The position numbers and the translations under genes are program-made. This document shows positions 18,159 to 29,789 of a DNA stretch of 64,000 nt, one piece after another. Source of the DNA: Sedimentisphaerales bacterium (GTDB lineage Bacteria; Planctomycetota; Phycisphaerae; Sedimentisphaerales; SM23-30); contig CAXXFK010000013.1 in NCBI GenBank assembly GCA_963663965.2, forward strand, positions 1 to 64,000, in the 5' to 3' direction. Within the stretch, counting starts at the first letter, position 1. Each line of letters opens with the position of its first letter. A model generated the notes under the pieces. That model saw only the letters and a program-made list of their open reading frames with translations, ran no database searches and was not told where the DNA came from.

Positions 18159-20152
18159 ATGAGTTGGAAGTTGATGAGCTTTATTGGTGGTGTGGTATTT
18201 TTGGGCTCCTGCTGTCTGGGTATGGAGGTGATGGTATCGACTGATGGCGAGGTGAAGACGTTGGTTGAGGCGCGGGACCGGGTTCGTCAGATACGGGCAT
18301 CCGGGCGAGAGGCGGGGGCTGTTCATATTATTGTGCGGGGTGGGACGTATTTTGTTAATGAACCGCTGCATCTGGCCCAACAGGATGGCGGAACGGAAGG
18401 GGCTCCGGTGGTCTATCAGGCGAAGCAAGGTGAGACGGTGCGTCTGGTGGCGGGCAGGGAAGTGAAGGGATTTAAGCCGGTGACGGATGAAGCGGTATTG
18501 AAGCGGTTGAAGCAGGAGTGTCGCGGTTCGATTTTGCAGGTGGATCTGAAAGCCCAGGGGATTACGGATTTTGGCAAGCTGGTCAGTCGCGGCTTTGGAC
18601 GGTCGATATCGCCGGCGGGATTGGAGTTGTTTTACCAGGGGAGGCCCATGACCATGGCGCGGTATCCTGATGAGGGATGGTTATTGATTGACCAGGCGCC
18701 CAAAGGGGCTGACGGCGGGGCGTTTACCTATCGTGAGGACCGGCCGGGCAGGCTGGGCGCCGAGTGATGATATCTGGGTGCATGGATTCTGGACGCAGGA
18801 CTGGGCTGATTCCTATGAGCGTGTCCGCTCGATCGACGCGGCGAGCAAGACCGTTGAGACGTATCCGCCGCATGGGGTTTACGGGTATAGTCCCAAGCAC
18901 CGGTTTTATTTTTTGAATGTGCTGGAAGAACTGGATCGGCCGGTGTGAATGGTACCTGGACCGGAGCAGCGGCCATGCTGTATTTCTGGCCGCCGGCGCC
19001 GATGGGAAAAGAGGCTCCCTTTGTGTCGATGGGGCGAATCGATGGTGGTGATGGATGGATGCAGTCATGTGGTATTTAAGGGAATGATGATTGAGGGCAC
19101 GCGGGGCACGGCAGTTCGGATCAAAGGTGGGACAGGCAATCGAGTGGAAGGTTGTGTGATTCGTAATGTGGGTAACCGGGGTGTGGAGCTTTCCGGCGGT
19201 GAGGCCAATGGCGTGAAGGGGTGTGATATTTATTATACTGGTGATGGCGGGGTTGTGCTTTCCGGGTGGGGATCAAAATACCTTGACGCCGGCACACAAC
19301 TATGCCGAGGACAATCATATTCATCATTATAACCGGTGGTGTCTGACGTATCGGCCGGCTGTGCAGGTGGGTGGGGTTGGTAATCGAGTGGCCCATAACC
19401 GGATTCACGATGGACCGCATAATGCGATTCAACTCGGGGGGAATGACCATCTGATTGAGTACAATGACATTTTTGATGTGTGTACGGAGAGCGATGATGT
19501 GGGGGCGTTTTATGCCGGCCGGAGCTGGGTAAATCGCGGGACGGTGATTCGATATAACTTTTTCCATCATATTCACAGCGCCAAAGACCAGTACCGGCAT
19601 GGGTCGCGAGTGGTGTATTTGGATGACGCGGCCAGCGGGTTTACGATTGAGGGCAATGTGTTTTATCTGGCCGGGTCGTTGTGCGCGATTAATGTGGGTG
19701 GCGGCCGGGATAATGTGATCAAGAATAATGTGTTTGTGGATTGTGCCAAAGGCGCGCTGATCGATACGCGCGGTGTGGGCTGGGCCAAGGATTTTATCTC
19801 TAAAGGGGGTGAATGGCATATGTATGAACAGCTCGAACGGGTTCATTATGATCAGCCGCCTTTCAGTGAGCGGTATCCGAAGCTGGCATCGATTTTAGCG
19901 GAGGCGCCGGCGGAGCCGCGCGGCAATGTGCTGGTCAATAATCTGGCGGTGCGGACACAATTGCTGGATATGCCCCAGGCGTATCAGCATCTACTGGTCA
20001 ATCAAGGCAACTGGTCGACGGAGGATGATCCGGGATTTGTCGATATACAGAAACTGGATTTTCGTTTGAAAAAGGATAGCGCTGTTTTTAAGCATATTCC
20101 GGAGTTTCAGGCGATTCCGTTTGAGAAGATTGAGCTTTGTCCGGCGGAGTAG
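18159..20152 (+). pseudogene. Right-handed beta-helix (GH141-like) protein, frameshifted
   Basis: Contiguous fragments 18159-18767, 18688-18948, 18949-19332 and 19223-20152 carry RGGTYF, MARYPD, NVLEELDRP and VYLDD motifs. Several indels lie at ~18750-19265. Confidence 0.75.
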
Positions 20153-20446
20153 TGTCGTCAGGATTGACCAATGGCAGATGAAAAGGTTATGATATACCCA
20201 ATGGGTATGAAAATTTCCGATCTATCGGAACATAAGTGATTACTTATAAAAGACTTAATTCGCGGACCAGCGGGCAATTTTCAATCGTAAACGGTATAGT
20301 ATTGATTGTTTTGCAGATAATAGAATAATAGAAAGGTTGACACGTGGTCAAGTATGTGCCGGGTTAAAATCCAGTTTTGAATGAAAATGAGTGTAATGTG
20401 TTTTATTTCAATTGGTTATAGTGGTTCAGGCCCGGGGCGGCTATTG

Positions 20447-21742
20447 CTATTTGAGATAGTCGCTGATGAAGGCCATTTTGGGTTGGTAGACGGTGTTTTC
20501 CCAGGTTTTCTGGTAGGCTTTCTGGGAGACGTGGTGGCCGCGGTAGGGGACGGGATAGATGATTTTTTTGCCGGAGGACTGGTTAATAGCGGCATAGACA
20601 GATTCGGGTGAGCAGGTGGTATCAATGAGGCCGATTTCGACGATCAGGGTCGCCTGGGAGCCTTTGAGGAGGTGGGCGGTGTCGAAATAGGGCAGGGCGG
20701 CGAGCATTTTGTTACGGTCGTTCTGGGTGGCAAAGGGTTGGGGCCAGCCGCCCTTGCGACCGACCAGGGTACCACCCCAGTCGCACATGGCCGGGACGGT
20801 GGCGATGGCGACATCGACCCTGTGATCCAGGCCGGCCGCAGCCAGAGCCTGGCCGCCACCCTGACTTTCACCGATGACCAGCAGGCGTTTGCCATCCCAT
20901 TCGGGCTGGCTGGTGAGGAAGTCCAGGGTGCGAATCAGGCGGAGGTACATGCCCCGGAAATAGACGGTGTCGCGGTTTTCCAGGCCGGAAGTCTGGTAGT
21001 ATTTGAGTTCGCCGTTTTCCAGATCGGTGTAATAAGAGTCGGGTTGGCCGTTCAGCATGCCGTGGGCGTTCAGATCGAAACAGAGAGCGCCTTTGCCCAT
21101 GCGGGCGTAATGCATGGCGTTGCGGGGTTCTGAACGGCACCATGATCCGCTGACACCGGCGGCGTGCACGTTCAGCACGATGGGCAGCGATTTGGGTTGG
21201 GCTGTTTTTGGTTTGGCGAAGTAACCGCGGGCGGGTTTGGGGCCGGTGCAGTTGAGTTCCATATCCTGACAGAGATAGCCGGTTTCAATGCCGTCGACGG
21301 GGGTGGCTTTGACTTCGAGAGGCAGGGCGCGAAGCTTGCGTTTTTCCTGTTGCCAGTATTGATCGAAGTCAGCCGGGCGTTGGGTGCCGGGGGTGTATTT
21401 TTCGGGATCGATCACCGCGCCAATGCTGGCGGTCTGAGATTCGGTTTTTAATTCGAAGGTGATGTGAGAAGGGCCGGTCAGTGATCGGTTGAAAAATACG
21501 CCTGACGCATCGGGATATGCGAGCGTTTCCTGGGAATATTTTGCGGCATCACCTTCCCAGATGCGGGCAGTGGGTGGTTCGGTGGCTTTTTCGCCGGCCA
21601 GGAGGGTGACGCGGATTGGTTCGCCGGTCTGATAGATGCCTGAATCGTGGGTTTGTTCGAGAATGATAGACTGGGCGAAGGTGATGGAATAGAGACCGGT
21701 TATTAAACATGCGATGAAAATATGGCGTCTGGCGGTGTTCAT
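20447..21742 (-). CDS. Acetylxylan esterase (CE7-like)
   Basis: RPADFDQYW, nucleophile motif GESQGGG, LIDTTC and GHH motifs; signal peptide. Confidence 0.85.
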   Translation of the reverse strand: MNTARRHIFIACLITGLYSITFAQSIILEQTHDSGIYQTGEPIRVTLLAGEKATEPPTARIWEGDAAKYSQETLAYPDASGVFFNRSLTGPSHITFELKTESQTASIGAVIDPEKYTPGTQRPADFDQYWQQEKRKLRALPLEVKATPVDGIETGYLCQDMELNCTGPKPARGYFAKPKTAQPKSLPIVLNVHAAGVSGSWCRSEPRNAMHYARMGKGALCFDLNAHGMLNGQPDSYYTDLENGELKYYQTSGLENRDTVYFRGMYLRLIRTLDFLTSQPEWDGKRLLVIGESQGGGQALAAAGLDHRVDVAIATVPAMCDWGGTLVGRKGGWPQPFATQNDRNKMLAALPYFDTAHLLKGSQATLIVEIGLIDTTCSPESVYAAINQSSGKKIIYPVPYRGHHVSQKAYQKTWENTVYQPKMAFISDYLK

Positions 21743-21970
21743 GATATGTTGTCCAAAAATGAAAGAGGTCAGAAATAACCAAAAGGGTTTACGGGATATT
21801 CATTGATAGTATCCCACTGGATAGGGGGCGTCAACCTAAAAGGATTTTGGCAGTGGGAATCGTTTGACATCTTGTTTTGTTGGGGATATAGTGGTAAAAC
21901 TGATGTCGCATTGTATTTCGGTTTCTGCATAAAATTGCTATTACGCCGCACGAATAAATGGAGAGTTCCT

Positions 21971-24094
21971 ATGAAATTACGTGATTTTTCATGCGCACAA
22001 AGTGTCTGGTATCTGTTGGTTAGCGGAATCGTTTTGTCAGGTGGCTGGCTGCCAGGCCGTGAGGCGAAGGCAGGCCCAGATGTAGTAACGACGGCAGGAT
22101 TAATCGAATCCATGGTGGATATGGCGAAGCTGGGCGACTATCCAAGTCCGGCGGGCAAGAATGTTCAGTATTCCTCGCATGACCGGCGGAGTACGTTGCC
22201 GGGTGGGGCGCTGTGGTCGGCGAATTCCGATGGATTCGGCCGGGAGCCGGTGCCTGGTTTTGATCAGGTATTGAAAGAACCAGACGCTGAAGGGAACGGT
22301 GGTGAGTTTGTAATATGCGATGTGCACGGTCCCGGAGCGATAGTAAGAACATGGACGGCAGGTATGGATGGGACGATCCGGGTGATTCTGGATGGGGCAG
22401 ATGAGGCGGTTTACGATGGTCCGGCCAAAACCTTTCTGGCGAGCGTATATCAAGATTATGCCCAGAAGACCGGGTTGGATGTTGAAATGCTGCGACGTTG
22501 TTTCGATCATCAGGATGCCTGTTATCTGCCGATGCCTTTTGCTAAAGGATGCCGGATTACCTGGCAGGGGAATCTGCGGCGTTTGCATTTTTATGAGGTT
22601 CAGGTTCTGCATTATGAAGCAGGAACCCAGGTAGCCTCTTTCAGTATGGATGAATTGAAAAAGGCGGAAGGGGCGATTGCGAAGGTCGCAAAGATTTTTT
22701 CGAATGTGAATGATAATTATCCCTATAATCCGGCGGGTCAGGTGGCGGAACTCCGCGAGACATTGCGGCCGGATGAAAAGAAGCAGGTGTTGAGTCTGGA
22801 AGGATCGGAGCGGGTAGAGCAATTGGTATTGAAAATACAGGCAAAGGATCTGGTGGCGGCGTTACGTCAGACGGTGCTGTATATCCGGTGCGATGATTAC
22901 AACCTGCCTCAGGTGGCCAGCCCGGTAGGCGATTTTTTTGGGGCGGCGCCGGGAATCAATCCCTATGATTCGCTGCCTTTCAGCGTGGAACCAGATGGGA
23001 CGATGACCTGCCGGTATGTGATGCCGTTTCAAAAGAAGATGATAATAGAATTAAAGAATTTTGGCGAGCAGGAAGTACGGGTAGAGGGGAAGGTCCGTCA
23101 TGTTGCTTGTGAGTGGGATCCAGAGCGGAGCATGTATTTCTTTGCCCACTGGCGCGTCAAGCATGATTTGATAACGAATGATCCGGGGATTGCCGATTTG
23201 CCTTTCGTTTTCGCGCGGGGCAAGGGATGTTATGTGGGGACGGCGTCACTGCTGATGAATCCGAACCCGGTACCGAGTTCTGCGGGCAACTGGTGGGGGG
23301 AAGGGGATGAGAAGGTGTTTGTGGATGATGATGAGCAGCCGTCGATTTTCGGGACGGGCTCAGAGGATTATTATAATTATTCCTGGAGTATTGGCGATAT
23401 CTTTGTGCATCCTTATTGCGGTCAGCCGCGCAACGATGGCCCGGCCAATCGAGGATTTGTGACGAATTACCGCTGGCAGATTAATGACCTGATTCCGTTT
23501 AACCATTCGATCTATTTCAGTATGGAACTGCTGACGCATCAGCGGACGGAAGGATTCTCTTACGCGCGGCTGGGCTATTATTACGCGATACCGGGAACGA
23601 TCGATGACCATGTGTTTATTACCCGGGAAGATGTGCGCAAGCCGGTATTGCCACCTACCTGGACGCCGGATTCATCGGGTGGAGCCAGCAACAGTGTCTT
23701 TTTTGATATTGAAACGATCGCGGAGAAGGGGGCAAAACTGGTATTCGAATCGGATGGTCAGTGGGCCGGTGGAAAACTGGCAGTCTGGCGGCCGGCCGAG
23801 ACGGGCAAGGAACTGGTGTTGACTTTCCCGGTAGCGGAAGAGGGGAGTTATATTATCCGGTTGGTGGCGGCGCACACGCCCGTCTCTGGGCGTCTGGTAG
23901 CGGAACTGGATGGTCAGCCGCTGAAGCTGAATGGTCAGGATGAAGCGGAACTGGCAACCGATTTCCGTATCCTGTCACGGCCGGTAAACGGGCCAAGAAT
24001 GGCATTAACCAAGGGTGACCATCGTCTGGTTTTAAAAAATACCAGGCCCGATAGCATGCTCGGACTGGATTTCCTCTGGCTGCAGAAACGATAA
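21971..24094 (+). CDS. GH172/DUF2961 glycoside hydrolase with C-terminal carbohydrate-binding-like domain
   Basis: SSHDRRS, GPGAIVRTW, WWGEGDEK and GTGSEDYY motifs. Start taken at ATG 21971. Confidence 0.85.
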   Translation: MKLRDFSCAQSVWYLLVSGIVLSGGWLPGREAKAGPDVVTTAGLIESMVDMAKLGDYPSPAGKNVQYSSHDRRSTLPGGALWSANSDGFGREPVPGFDQVLKEPDAEGNGGEFVICDVHGPGAIVRTWTAGMDGTIRVILDGADEAVYDGPAKTFLASVYQDYAQKTGLDVEMLRRCFDHQDACYLPMPFAKGCRITWQGNLRRLHFYEVQVLHYEAGTQVASFSMDELKKAEGAIAKVAKIFSNVNDNYPYNPAGQVAELRETLRPDEKKQVLSLEGSERVEQLVLKIQAKDLVAALRQTVLYIRCDDYNLPQVASPVGDFFGAAPGINPYDSLPFSVEPDGTMTCRYVMPFQKKMIIELKNFGEQEVRVEGKVRHVACEWDPERSMYFFAHWRVKHDLITNDPGIADLPFVFARGKGCYVGTASLLMNPNPVPSSAGNWWGEGDEKVFVDDDEQPSIFGTGSEDYYNYSWSIGDIFVHPYCGQPRNDGPANRGFVTNYRWQINDLIPFNHSIYFSMELLTHQRTEGFSYARLGYYYAIPGTIDDHVFITREDVRKPVLPPTWTPDSSGGASNSVFFDIETIAEKGAKLVFESDGQWAGGKLAVWRPAETGKELVLTFPVAEEGSYIIRLVAAHTPVSGRLVAELDGQPLKLNGQDEAELATDFRILSRPVNGPRMALTKGDHRLVLKNTRPDSMLGLDFLWLQKR

Positions 24095-24127
24095 CCGAAA
24101 CTTCCAACTTAACAGGAGACCCGTGTC

Positions 24128-25132
24128 ATGGATCGAAGATCATTCATGAAGATTTCAAGCGTGATAGCGGCCCAGGCGGCAATGATTCCTGCGATGGGCG
24201 CCGAGGCCAATCCGGATTCGGTTAAAGCCAAGACTGAGGCAGCTAAACCCGTTAATCCATTTGAACAGGAAGGGCGCTGGTATAAGGCCGCTTTGCATGT
24301 GCATACGACCACGTCAGACGGCGATGTGGATGTGGCAACCCGACTGGGGCAATACCGCAAAGCTGGTTACGATGTCGTGGCGATAACGGATCATTGGAAA
24401 ACGAATGATTTGAGTGGGTATTCCGATGATCAGTTTCTGGCAATCAGTGGAATGGAAGCTCATCCTCAAACGGGTACCGGGGCGCCGGCTCATCATTTTG
24501 TCTGTTTAAATCTGCCGCATCCATTTACCCTGGCCCGGGATTTAAAGGCTCAAGCGTTGATCGACCAGGTCAAAGCGGCCGGCGGGACGCCGATCTACGC
24601 GCATCCATTCTGGACAGCGCATACTCTGGATGAGATGCGGGAGGTGAGCGGGTATATTGGAATGGAGGTTTATAATGCGGTGTGCGATTTGCATAATAAC
24701 AAAGGGTATTCGACCGTTCATTGGGATCAGATGCTCAATAAGGGATTCAAGCTGGTTGGGGTCGTTACTGACGATGTGCATAAGAGCCACGAGATCAACC
24801 AGGGATGGACGATGATCAAAACCCGGTCATTCGATGTGGCGGGGATTCTAGAGGCCCTGAGCCAAGGGTGTTGTTATGGATCGTGTGGGCCGGTGATTAA
24901 CGATTTTCGAAACGAAGAGGGTATTATTCGAATTGAGACCAGCGAAGTCAGGCAAATCACCTTTTATTATAACGGCGCTGCGGGCGCTTATTTTGTGAAA
25001 GCCAAGGATGGCGAATTACTTACAAAAGCCCAGTGGGCCTTTGGAAAAAATAAACGAACTTATAACTGGATACGGGCTGAAGTTATCGATGAGGCAGGCA
25101 AATGTGCCTGGACCAACCCGATCTGGATCTGA
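24128..25132 (+). CDS. PHP-domain (CehA/McbA-like) metallohydrolase, Tat-exported
   Basis: DRRSFMK twin-arginine signal; LHVHTTTSDG, AITDH, AHP and TDDVH motifs. Confidence 0.85.
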   Translation: MDRRSFMKISSVIAAQAAMIPAMGAEANPDSVKAKTEAAKPVNPFEQEGRWYKAALHVHTTTSDGDVDVATRLGQYRKAGYDVVAITDHWKTNDLSGYSDDQFLAISGMEAHPQTGTGAPAHHFVCLNLPHPFTLARDLKAQALIDQVKAAGGTPIYAHPFWTAHTLDEMREVSGYIGMEVYNAVCDLHNNKGYSTVHWDQMLNKGFKLVGVVTDDVHKSHEINQGWTMIKTRSFDVAGILEALSQGCCYGSCGPVINDFRNEEGIIRIETSEVRQITFYYNGAAGAYFVKAKDGELLTKAQWAFGKNKRTYNWIRAEVIDEAGKCAWTNPIWI

Positions 25133-25153
25133 GAAAGCCTGATATCCACAGGG

Positions 25154-25210
25154 CGGTCAAGCCGCAACCCAAGAAAAATATAGTTCACACAAAGCTACGA
25201 AGATTAACAG
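25154..25210 (+). repeat. Third, diverged copy of the CGGTCAAGCCGCAA element
   Basis: CGGTCAAGCCGCAACCC...ATAGTTCACACAAAGCTACGAAGAT aligns with the corresponding part of 1188-1361 and 2010-2192. Confidence 0.7.
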
Positions 25211-25632
25211 GCATTTAGTCAGGATATTTCCGATAGCCATCGGGACTTTCAGCTGATCGACAGGATAAAAAGTTCGAGGTCAAGAATTTGTTGTATAAGA
25301 TATTAGATTTAATGTGCTTATAAAATATAAGGATAAAAAGCTTGCTCAGAAAACAAAGAATTGATGGATTGTAGTCAGAAAGGTAAATTGGGCAGGCCTT
25401 ATTAGAAGGAGTAGAGGCATTATTGGGGATAGGGCATTCAATTACATTTCGACAGTGGGTTTGATATTTAAAGAAATAATGTTATTATTGTCAAAACCAA
25501 GAACAACTTCACGTGATTGAAATCTGTCAGAAGGTATGATTATCAGATGATTAATGTACGTAACTATTATTTAAAATAGGAGTTACGAATTCTATAGGTG
25601 GCCGGGCTATGATTCAGTGAAGCAAGAGACAT

Positions 25633-25669
25633 AAAAAAAGCCATTCCCAACGCGAACGCTGGAAATGGC
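25633..25669 (-). terminator. Rho-independent terminator after gspD
   Basis: Minus strand GCCATTTCCAGCG-TTCG-CGTTGGGAATGGC followed by T7. Confidence 0.8.
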
Positions 25670-25707
25670 CGGAACGGAAAAAAAGCATTTAAATTAATAT
25701 AACACTA

Positions 25708-28700
25708 TCATGGGTTATTTGTCAAATCATCTTTTATGGATTTCATTTTATTTTTTGCATTTTCAATCTCATCCAGCGAGGTTTGGGATATGCCTCCCTT
25801 ATTGTCTATGACATAAGGGGTTATGAATGCCAGCAATTCGATGTTGCTGTCCTTGATGGATCGATGTTTGAACAGTTCGCCCAGCAGCGGGATATCGCCC
25901 AGCAATGGGATCTTGGTTACAGTTTCGGATTCATCTTTAAAGAGGTATCCGCTGAGCAGGAGAGTCTGGCCGTTATCGACAATCATATAAGTGGTTGTTT
26001 TGAAATCTGAAGTGGCGATATTACCACTGACCAGTTCAGGTTCCACCTGAGAGATATTCAGGAAGATTTCCATATCGACGGCATCTTCGGGTGTGATATT
26101 AGGCCGTACCCTGAGTGTAAGGCCGACGGGATTGTACTGGACGGAATCGCGGGTGGATCCGCCTTCGGCAGAAGTGATAGAAAGAGCTTTAAAGGCAACA
26201 TTGCGGCCTTTGAAAAATTCAGCCTGTTCGTTGTCTTTCGTCCATAAGGTTGGCTGATTCAATACCTGGGCCCTGGCTTCTTTGACAAGCAGATCCAGCA
26301 GAGTATTCACTTCCAGTGAGTTGTCGATAGTCAGAGAGGAACCGGGCTGTTCGGCATTTACCAGCTTGGACAGGGCAATCAGGGCGTTTTCGCTGGTAGC
26401 ACCCAGCGCGGCCGGGTCAGTAGCGATTTTAGTCCCCAGCGATGTCATGTTATCGCGGTTTACCATAACGATTATGGCCTTGATCATGACCTGACGGGCG
26501 GGTTGATCAAGTTCGCGAATCATGGCCTGAATACTCTCCTGATATTCCAGGGGAGACAGGACCATGATCGATTTGGAACGATAGACCGGCATAAACCTGA
26601 TTTTACCCAACAAGTTACTGGTGGGCATTTGATCCTGTTGCGGCCGGCCCCAGTTGAAGCGCATCATGCCGGGAGAGGTTTGGTTATTGTCATTGTTCCG
26701 GTTGGCGTTCTGATTATTCTGGTTGTTATTGGAGTTGGAAACAGTAGCGGCTTCGTAATTACTCAGGCCGCGTTTGCTCCGGCGGATTTCAGCCGGTCCG
26801 GTTTCGCTGAAAATGGCATTCAACTGTTCGCTGAGGTCTTCGCAGTCGGCGTATTTTACTTCGATGATCATCGGTAATTCAGCGGGTTCCTGGCGGTCAA
26901 GTTTACGAATCAGGGTTTCGACGACTTCGTAGGCTTCGGGAATTTTACTGATCACAATAATCTTTTTGGTATCGGGTACCGGCTTAAAGGTCAGCTGACC
27001 ATACAGCGGGCCGACGATTTTTTTGCGGGACTGCTGAGAACCCCGGCCATAACCATACCCGAAGATATAATCGAACAGTTCATTATCCCGGCCGGAGCTT
27101 TCACTGAACAGATCGGACAGAAGTGTTGACATTTTAACGGGATCTGAATTTTTCAATTCGACAATCAAAGGCTGCACTTCGTTGGGATCGATGGGTTGAT
27201 CCCATTCTTCGATCTGTTTTCGGACTTTCTCCATGGTTTCGGGCGTGGCGATGACGGTGATCTGTTTGAGGGTGGGATAGGCAATGGTCTTGACGGTTTC
27301 ATCCGAAGCGCCGCCCCGGCGGTAGCGGTCGTAGTAATAGTAGTCATAGTCATAATAATTACGTCTGCTGGATGAGCCTTGTTGACTGAAAAGTTCGTCG
27401 ATGTATTCCTTGAGCTGTTCGGGATCGGCGTATTTCAGTTTGAAATGGGCGGTGATCACCTTGTCGGTGGGGATATCGACTTCTTCGATCAACTTTTCGA
27501 TCATATCGCGATTTTCCTTGCTGCCAACGATCATGATCTGGTTGGTTTGTATCATGGGTTGAACCAGGATATTGGCGCGGATTTCCTGACCGGGCATCTG
27601 CCGTACCATATTGGAGATCTGGCGGGCCACTTCATTAACGTCGGCGTACTCGATCTTTTTGAGGGAGTATTCCCGATGTTCAGGCTGTTCCAGATCAAGT
27701 TTTTCGATCCATTTGGCGATCTGCTGGATATCGTCATTGGAACCGCGCGCGATGATCCATTTTCGCTTGGGTTCAGGAATGAGAACCACGGGCATCTGGT
27801 TTTTGGAGATTTGAACAGTCTGAGCGGTATTGCCGCCTCGATTACCAGACGAGTTGCGATCGCCGTTATACGAGCGCCGCTGGTCGCCCAGCAGGATCTT
27901 GAGCAGTTGCACGACTTCCGCCGGATCGCTTTTTTGCAGAATAAAGGTTTCGGTCACGGTCGGTTCGTATTCGGGGATATCCATTTCTTCAATGATTCGC
28001 TGTAATCTGAGCAGATTGGAGACGGTATCGATAATTACGAGATTACCGGTCGACTCATCGGCGCTGACATAGCCATATTCCGGGATCAGCGGCAGCAGGA
28101 TCTGCTGCATCTGGGTCGGGCTGTAATTTTTCATTTTGAAGAATTTCTGGACGACCTGGTTCTGGTTGGCAATGGCCGCCAGCGGCTGGTTGTCCGGAAT
28201 GGTGGGGATGTGGCCGAGCAGCGCATCTTTGATGGGCTTGATATAAAGCACATCCTCGGTTTCTTCGATGACATAGCCTTTTTCGCGTAATCCGGTATAG
28301 ATCAGATCAAGGGCTTTGGAACGGGGCATTTCGTTCTTGCTGTAAATAATCAATTTCTGGCCCATGACATTCTGGTCGGGTATAATGACCTTTCCGGTCC
28401 ATTCAGAGAGTTGTCCGATCAGATTTTTAACTTCGACGCCATTCAGGTTGATTTTGATAATGGGATCCGGGTCGGGCGGCGTTTCAGTATCCGCTTGATT
28501 CTTTTCTTGTTGGTCAGATTCGGCTTTTGTTTTGGAATCCGCCTGGTCCGCTTCAGAATCTTGTTTGGTTTCCTGCTCTTTTCCGCTTACGGCATTTGGG
28601 TCCTTTTCCTGATTGGCTTGAGCCGGATCGGAATTCGGAGAAGGTGTTTTGTCGTTCGTATCCGGTGGGGCCGGTTTGTCACCGGAGTCGGTTTGTGGCG

Positions 28701-28992
28701 GTCTGCGGTCGCCATGCCGACGGTCCTGCCGGTTTTCCTTTTCGACATCGGTTTTCTCTGGTTGATCGGGCTTGGTATCCTGTTTGTTATTTTCGTCAGG
28801 GGCCACCTCAGGCTTGCCATTTTCGCTGGATGGCTGGTCAGGATTCTGAACGGTTGCCTGGTTGGCGGTATCGGGAGATTTCGATACTGTATCGGATTGG
28901 GTGTCGGGCCCTTTGATGAAGTTGTCGTAAACGCCCCAGGCCAATAATGCAGTTAATATGACGACAATAATATATCCAGTCGGTTTGTTCAT
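25708..28992 (-). CDS. gspD: Type II secretion secretin GspD
   Basis: N0 domain, several KH-like N domains, LDQPARQVMIKAII, and KIPLLGDIPLLGELF. Confidence 0.92.
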   Translation of the reverse strand: MNKPTGYIIVVILTALLAWGVYDNFIKGPDTQSDTVSKSPDTANQATVQNPDQPSSENGKPEVAPDENNKQDTKPDQPEKTDVEKENRQDRRHGDRRPPQTDSGDKPAPPDTNDKTPSPNSDPAQANQEKDPNAVSGKEQETKQDSEADQADSKTKAESDQQEKNQADTETPPDPDPIIKINLNGVEVKNLIGQLSEWTGKVIIPDQNVMGQKLIIYSKNEMPRSKALDLIYTGLREKGYVIEETEDVLYIKPIKDALLGHIPTIPDNQPLAAIANQNQVVQKFFKMKNYSPTQMQQILLPLIPEYGYVSADESTGNLVIIDTVSNLLRLQRIIEEMDIPEYEPTVTETFILQKSDPAEVVQLLKILLGDQRRSYNGDRNSSGNRGGNTAQTVQISKNQMPVVLIPEPKRKWIIARGSNDDIQQIAKWIEKLDLEQPEHREYSLKKIEYADVNEVARQISNMVRQMPGQEIRANILVQPMIQTNQIMIVGSKENRDMIEKLIEEVDIPTDKVITAHFKLKYADPEQLKEYIDELFSQQGSSSRRNYYDYDYYYYDRYRRGGASDETVKTIAYPTLKQITVIATPETMEKVRKQIEEWDQPIDPNEVQPLIVELKNSDPVKMSTLLSDLFSESSGRDNELFDYIFGYGYGRGSQQSRKKIVGPLYGQLTFKPVPDTKKIIVISKIPEAYEVVETLIRKLDRQEPAELPMIIEVKYADCEDLSEQLNAIFSETGPAEIRRSKRGLSNYEAATVSNSNNNQNNQNANRNNDNNQTSPGMMRFNWGRPQQDQMPTSNLLGKIRFMPVYRSKSIMVLSPLEYQESIQAMIRELDQPARQVMIKAIIVMVNRDNMTSLGTKIATDPAALGATSENALIALSKLVNAEQPGSSLTIDNSLEVNTLLDLLVKEARAQVLNQPTLWTKDNEQAEFFKGRNVAFKALSITSAEGGSTRDSVQYNPVGLTLRVRPNITPEDAVDMEIFLNISQVEPELVSGNIATSDFKTTTYMIVDNGQTLLLSGYLFKDESETVTKIPLLGDIPLLGELFKHRSIKDSNIELLAFITPYVIDNKGGISQTSLDEIENAKNKMKSIKDDLTNNP

Positions 28993-29018
28993 AGTCGGTT
29001 CCTTTGTTGCGCGGTTAA

Positions 29019-29789
29019 TCAGCGGTTTTGCTCTCGCATCACTTCTTCTTCCAGTTCCCTTAACATCTGGTCTTTCTGTTCAGGAGGGGCTTCTTCAAAC
29101 ATTTTACGGGCCTGAGCTTTTTGTTCGTCAGTCAGTTTCGCCCATTCTTTCATGACATAATCTTTCAAATGAGGCGGAATATCCAGCCAGTCCAGTTCGT
29201 CCGCGCCATTTGAGGCCACATTGTCTAACGGGATCGAAACGTTTTTAATCGCTCTTGGTGGCTTTTCATTGTCTTGAGAATTTTTAGTTTTGGCTTGTTT
29301 TTTTTCATTGTTTTCGGCGGGCGGTGGCGGCACGGTTTCGGCGATAGCTGCCTGGATCGGATAGAGCTTGCGTTTTTCGCCTTTCCATTCAATGGTGACG
29401 TCTGTCACAGTAATTTCGAGCACCTTTGCGCCGGGCGGAACGGTATCGCCAACGCCAAACCACTGATCGCCAGGGAAGAGCGCTTTATTGCCCAGGATGC
29501 CAAGGACCTGGCCGGGTGGTTGAGGCTCCGGGGGGGGATTGACAAAACGGTTGCTTTTGGTGAGTTTGTCAATTAATGCTTTATGCAGGTTGGGAGTCGA
29601 TTGGTCCGGTTCAGTTTTCGAATCGTTTTTTTCCACAACGCTTGAACCGGATACGTCGGTATCCATCCTGGGTACAGAGATCAGGTCATACAGAACCAGG
29701 CCGGCCAAAATCACGGCGAGACCGCACATAAACCAGGAAGCGGACGCGATGAACGTATCTTTTTTAATCATGAAACAGGCAGTCTCCAT
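29019..29789 (-). CDS. GspC-like T2SS protein
   Basis: N-terminal TM helix, GILGNKALF...GAKVLEI homology-region motif, position just before gspD. Confidence 0.6.
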   Translation of the reverse strand: METACFMIKKDTFIASASWFMCGLAVILAGLVLYDLISVPRMDTDVSGSSVVEKNDSKTEPDQSTPNLHKALIDKLTKSNRFVNPPPEPQPPGQVLGILGNKALFPGDQWFGVGDTVPPGAKVLEITVTDVTIEWKGEKRKLYPIQAAIAETVPPPPAENNEKKQAKTKNSQDNEKPPRAIKNVSIPLDNVASNGADELDWLDIPPHLKDYVMKEWAKLTDEQKAQARKMFEEAPPEQKDQMLRELEEEVMREQNR

